From NCBI GenBank assembly GCA_045646345.1, contig JAZRKN010000009.1, positions 25,355 through 89,354 on the forward strand: a stretch of DNA of 64,000 nt, read 5' to 3'. Positions 61,040 to 64,000 of this stretch are shown here, one piece after another. Each line of letters opens with the position of its first letter. Positions within the stretch are counted from its first letter, which is position 1. A program made the translations under genes and the position numbers. The notes beneath the pieces were generated by a model. That model had not been told where the DNA came from. It saw only the letters and a program-made list of their open reading frames with translations, and searched no databases. Source of the stretch: Candidatus Scatovivens sp. GTDB taxonomy: Bacteria; Bacillota; Clostridia; TANB77; CAG-508.

Positions 61040-61915
61040 CTATTTTATATTTTTTAAAATAATTTCTTTCTTATTTAAATAATATAACATTCCATTACTA
61101 TCTTTAAAATTGAACTTTAATTTATAACTATATAAATATTGGTTTTTTAATCCAAACTTTTTGTTAATTTCATTAGAGCCATATTTGCCATCACCAAGAA
61201 CAGGGAATCCAATATGAGAAAGATGAGCTCTTATTTGATGAGTTCTTCCTGTATGAAGATTTATATCTAATGTTGTAGTATTGTTTTTATGATCTTTATT
61301 TAAAACAGTGTATTCCGTGATTATTTCTAAATAATCTTTTTTTGGTATATCGGAAATATAGACTAAACTTTTTTTACTATCTTTAAAAAGGTATGCTTTT
61401 AAAATTTCATGATCTTTATTTATTATTCCATAGACTTTTGTGTAATAATGTTTTTCAATTTCTTTGTTTTTGAATTTTTCAAATAAAATATCTAGCGATT
61501 CTTTATTTTTAGCATAGATAATTAAACCTTTTGTATTTCTATCTAATCTATGACATGGTTCTAGATTTTTTCCATATTTTTCTTTTACAATTGAAGTTAA
61601 TGTGATATCAGAAATATTATCGGCAGTTACAGAAAGACCTTCAGGTTTGTTAAAAATAATTATATTATTATCTTCATATATAATATCTATATTGAAATTA
61701 GAAGTACCATAAAGAAAATCATCAATTATAAAAATTGTGATTTCATCGCCAGTTTGAATGGTAATATCTTCAGATACTCTTTTACCATTAATTCTAATAT
61801 CTTTTTTTCTTAAGGCTTTAAATAAAGTGTTCTTATTTAAATTAGGAAAAGAATCTAAAATAAAGTTATTTAATTTCTTGTTATTATATTTTTCATTTAC
61901 AATTAATTTTCTCAT
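61040..61915 (-). CDS. RluA/C/D family pseudouridine synthase
   Basis: S4-like N-terminus, NKPEGL, HRLDRNTKG, TGRTHQIR, GDGKYG. Start placed at MRKLIV (61915). Confidence 0.93.
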   Translation of the reverse strand: MRKLIVNEKYNNKKLNNFILDSFPNLNKNTLFKALRKKDIRINGKRVSEDITIQTGDEITIFIIDDFLYGTSNFNIDIIYEDNNIIIFNKPEGLSVTADNISDITLTSIVKEKYGKNLEPCHRLDRNTKGLIIYAKNKESLDILFEKFKNKEIEKHYYTKVYGIINKDHEILKAYLFKDSKKSLVYISDIPKKDYLEIITEYTVLNKDHKNNTTTLDINLHTGRTHQIRAHLSHIGFPVLGDGKYGSNEINKKFGLKNQYLYSYKLKFNFKDSNGMLYYLNKKEIILKNIK

Positions 61916-61921
61916 GATATT

Positions 61922-61950
61922 ATTATAAAGAAAAAATAGGTTTTTGACAA
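61922..61950 (-). promoter_or_regulatory. Sigma-A promoter giving a probable leaderless mRNA
   Basis: On the minus strand TTGTCA-N17-TATAAT-N6-ATG, with no SD. Confidence 0.7.
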
Positions 61951-62011
61951 GAGTACAAATAATAAAGATAAAAGTATTCGATAAAAAAATATCAAAGTTT
62001 AAAATAAACAC

Positions 62012-62040
62012 TTGAAAATATAATAAGGATGTGATACAAT
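62012..62040 (+). promoter_or_regulatory. Sigma-A promoter of eno (extended -10)
   Basis: TTGAAA-N17-TACAAT with TG at the extended position. Confidence 0.7.
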
Positions 62041-62125
62041 TCTAGACGGCGAAGAAAAGAGTTCGTCAAAAACATAATGAATTATACTTGCTAAATGAAA
62101 GCAAGATAAACAATAAAAATTTTAG

Positions 62126-63442
<1,317 letters not shown>

Positions 63443-63473
63443 TTTGTTTTAAATAATATATAATATATATATG

Positions 63474-63506
63474 AAGGAATCTTTAAGAAATTAAAGGTTC
63501 CTTTTT
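63474..63506 (+). terminator. Intrinsic terminator after eno
   Basis: aaggaatctttaa-gaaa-ttaaaggttccttttt. Confidence 0.75.
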
Positions 63507-63533
63507 ATTTTTTAAAGATTTTTAAAAAACATA

Positions 63534-63880
63534 TTGACAATAAATATTTATGGTGTTAAAATAACAAAGTTGTTTCTAGAAAACGTCAAAAAATGACAAA
63601 AAATAGCAGCGAAAATATGATAAAAAATACTTTTAAAAAAATAAAAATATTTTTTTAAAAAAGTGTTGACAATGAGATTAAGAAGTGTTAAAATAGTTTT
63701 CGTTGTTGAGAGAAAAACAACAAAAAAGTACATTGAATTTAACCGAAAAATTACTTGAAAAAAACTTAAAAAAATATTTTAAAAAATATTTTAAAAAAGT
63801 GTTGACAAGTAAATAAAACAGTGTTAAAATAATGACTGTTCACAGGAGTTGTGAATAAGAAAAGTACATTGAAAAGTAAA
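63534..63880 (+). promoter_or_regulatory. Three tandem sigma-A promoters with boxA-like motifs; probable rRNA operon control region
   Basis: TTGACA-N17-TAAAAT at 63534, 63666 and 63802, each with an extended -10 (GTGTTAAAAT) and upstream A/T tracts; aaagtacattgaa occurs twice. Confidence 0.75.
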
Positions 63881-64000
63881 CAATAAATATCCTTTAAGAG
63901 AAACCAAGCGGTAGTTATAAACTACCAAAATTATAATTTTTTTAAAATCGAGCTTTTAGCTCAAACTCAAATTGATTTATATTTATAAAATATAGATACC

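Overview
A very AT-rich chromosomal segment from a spore-forming Firmicute, most likely Clostridia (PolC, spoIIIAA-AH, dpaA, sortase). Almost all genes are on the + strand. Core content: gap-pgk-tpiA-gpmI, spoIIIA operon, fucO, greA, pyrH-frr-uppS-cdsA-rseP-polC, uppP, folD, class A PBP, cysS, FemABX transferase, racemase, ftsH, RluA-family synthase and eno, with what looks like an rRNA-operon promoter/leader at the right edge. I saw no mobile element, CRISPR array or tRNA. The best candidate for an undescribed system is a three-gene unit at 36881-44290: a single-module C-A-T-R NRPS whose hand-read A-domain code is glycine-like, a membrane histidine kinase interrupted by one in-frame TGA, and a REC/HD-GYP phosphodiesterase. 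It could be a make-and-sense circuit for an N-acyl-glycinal or N-acylethanolamine (inference). The second candidate is a thioester alpha-2-macroglobulin with an ~8-helix membrane domain inserted next to its bait region. All calls come from motifs read by eye; no database searches were run.
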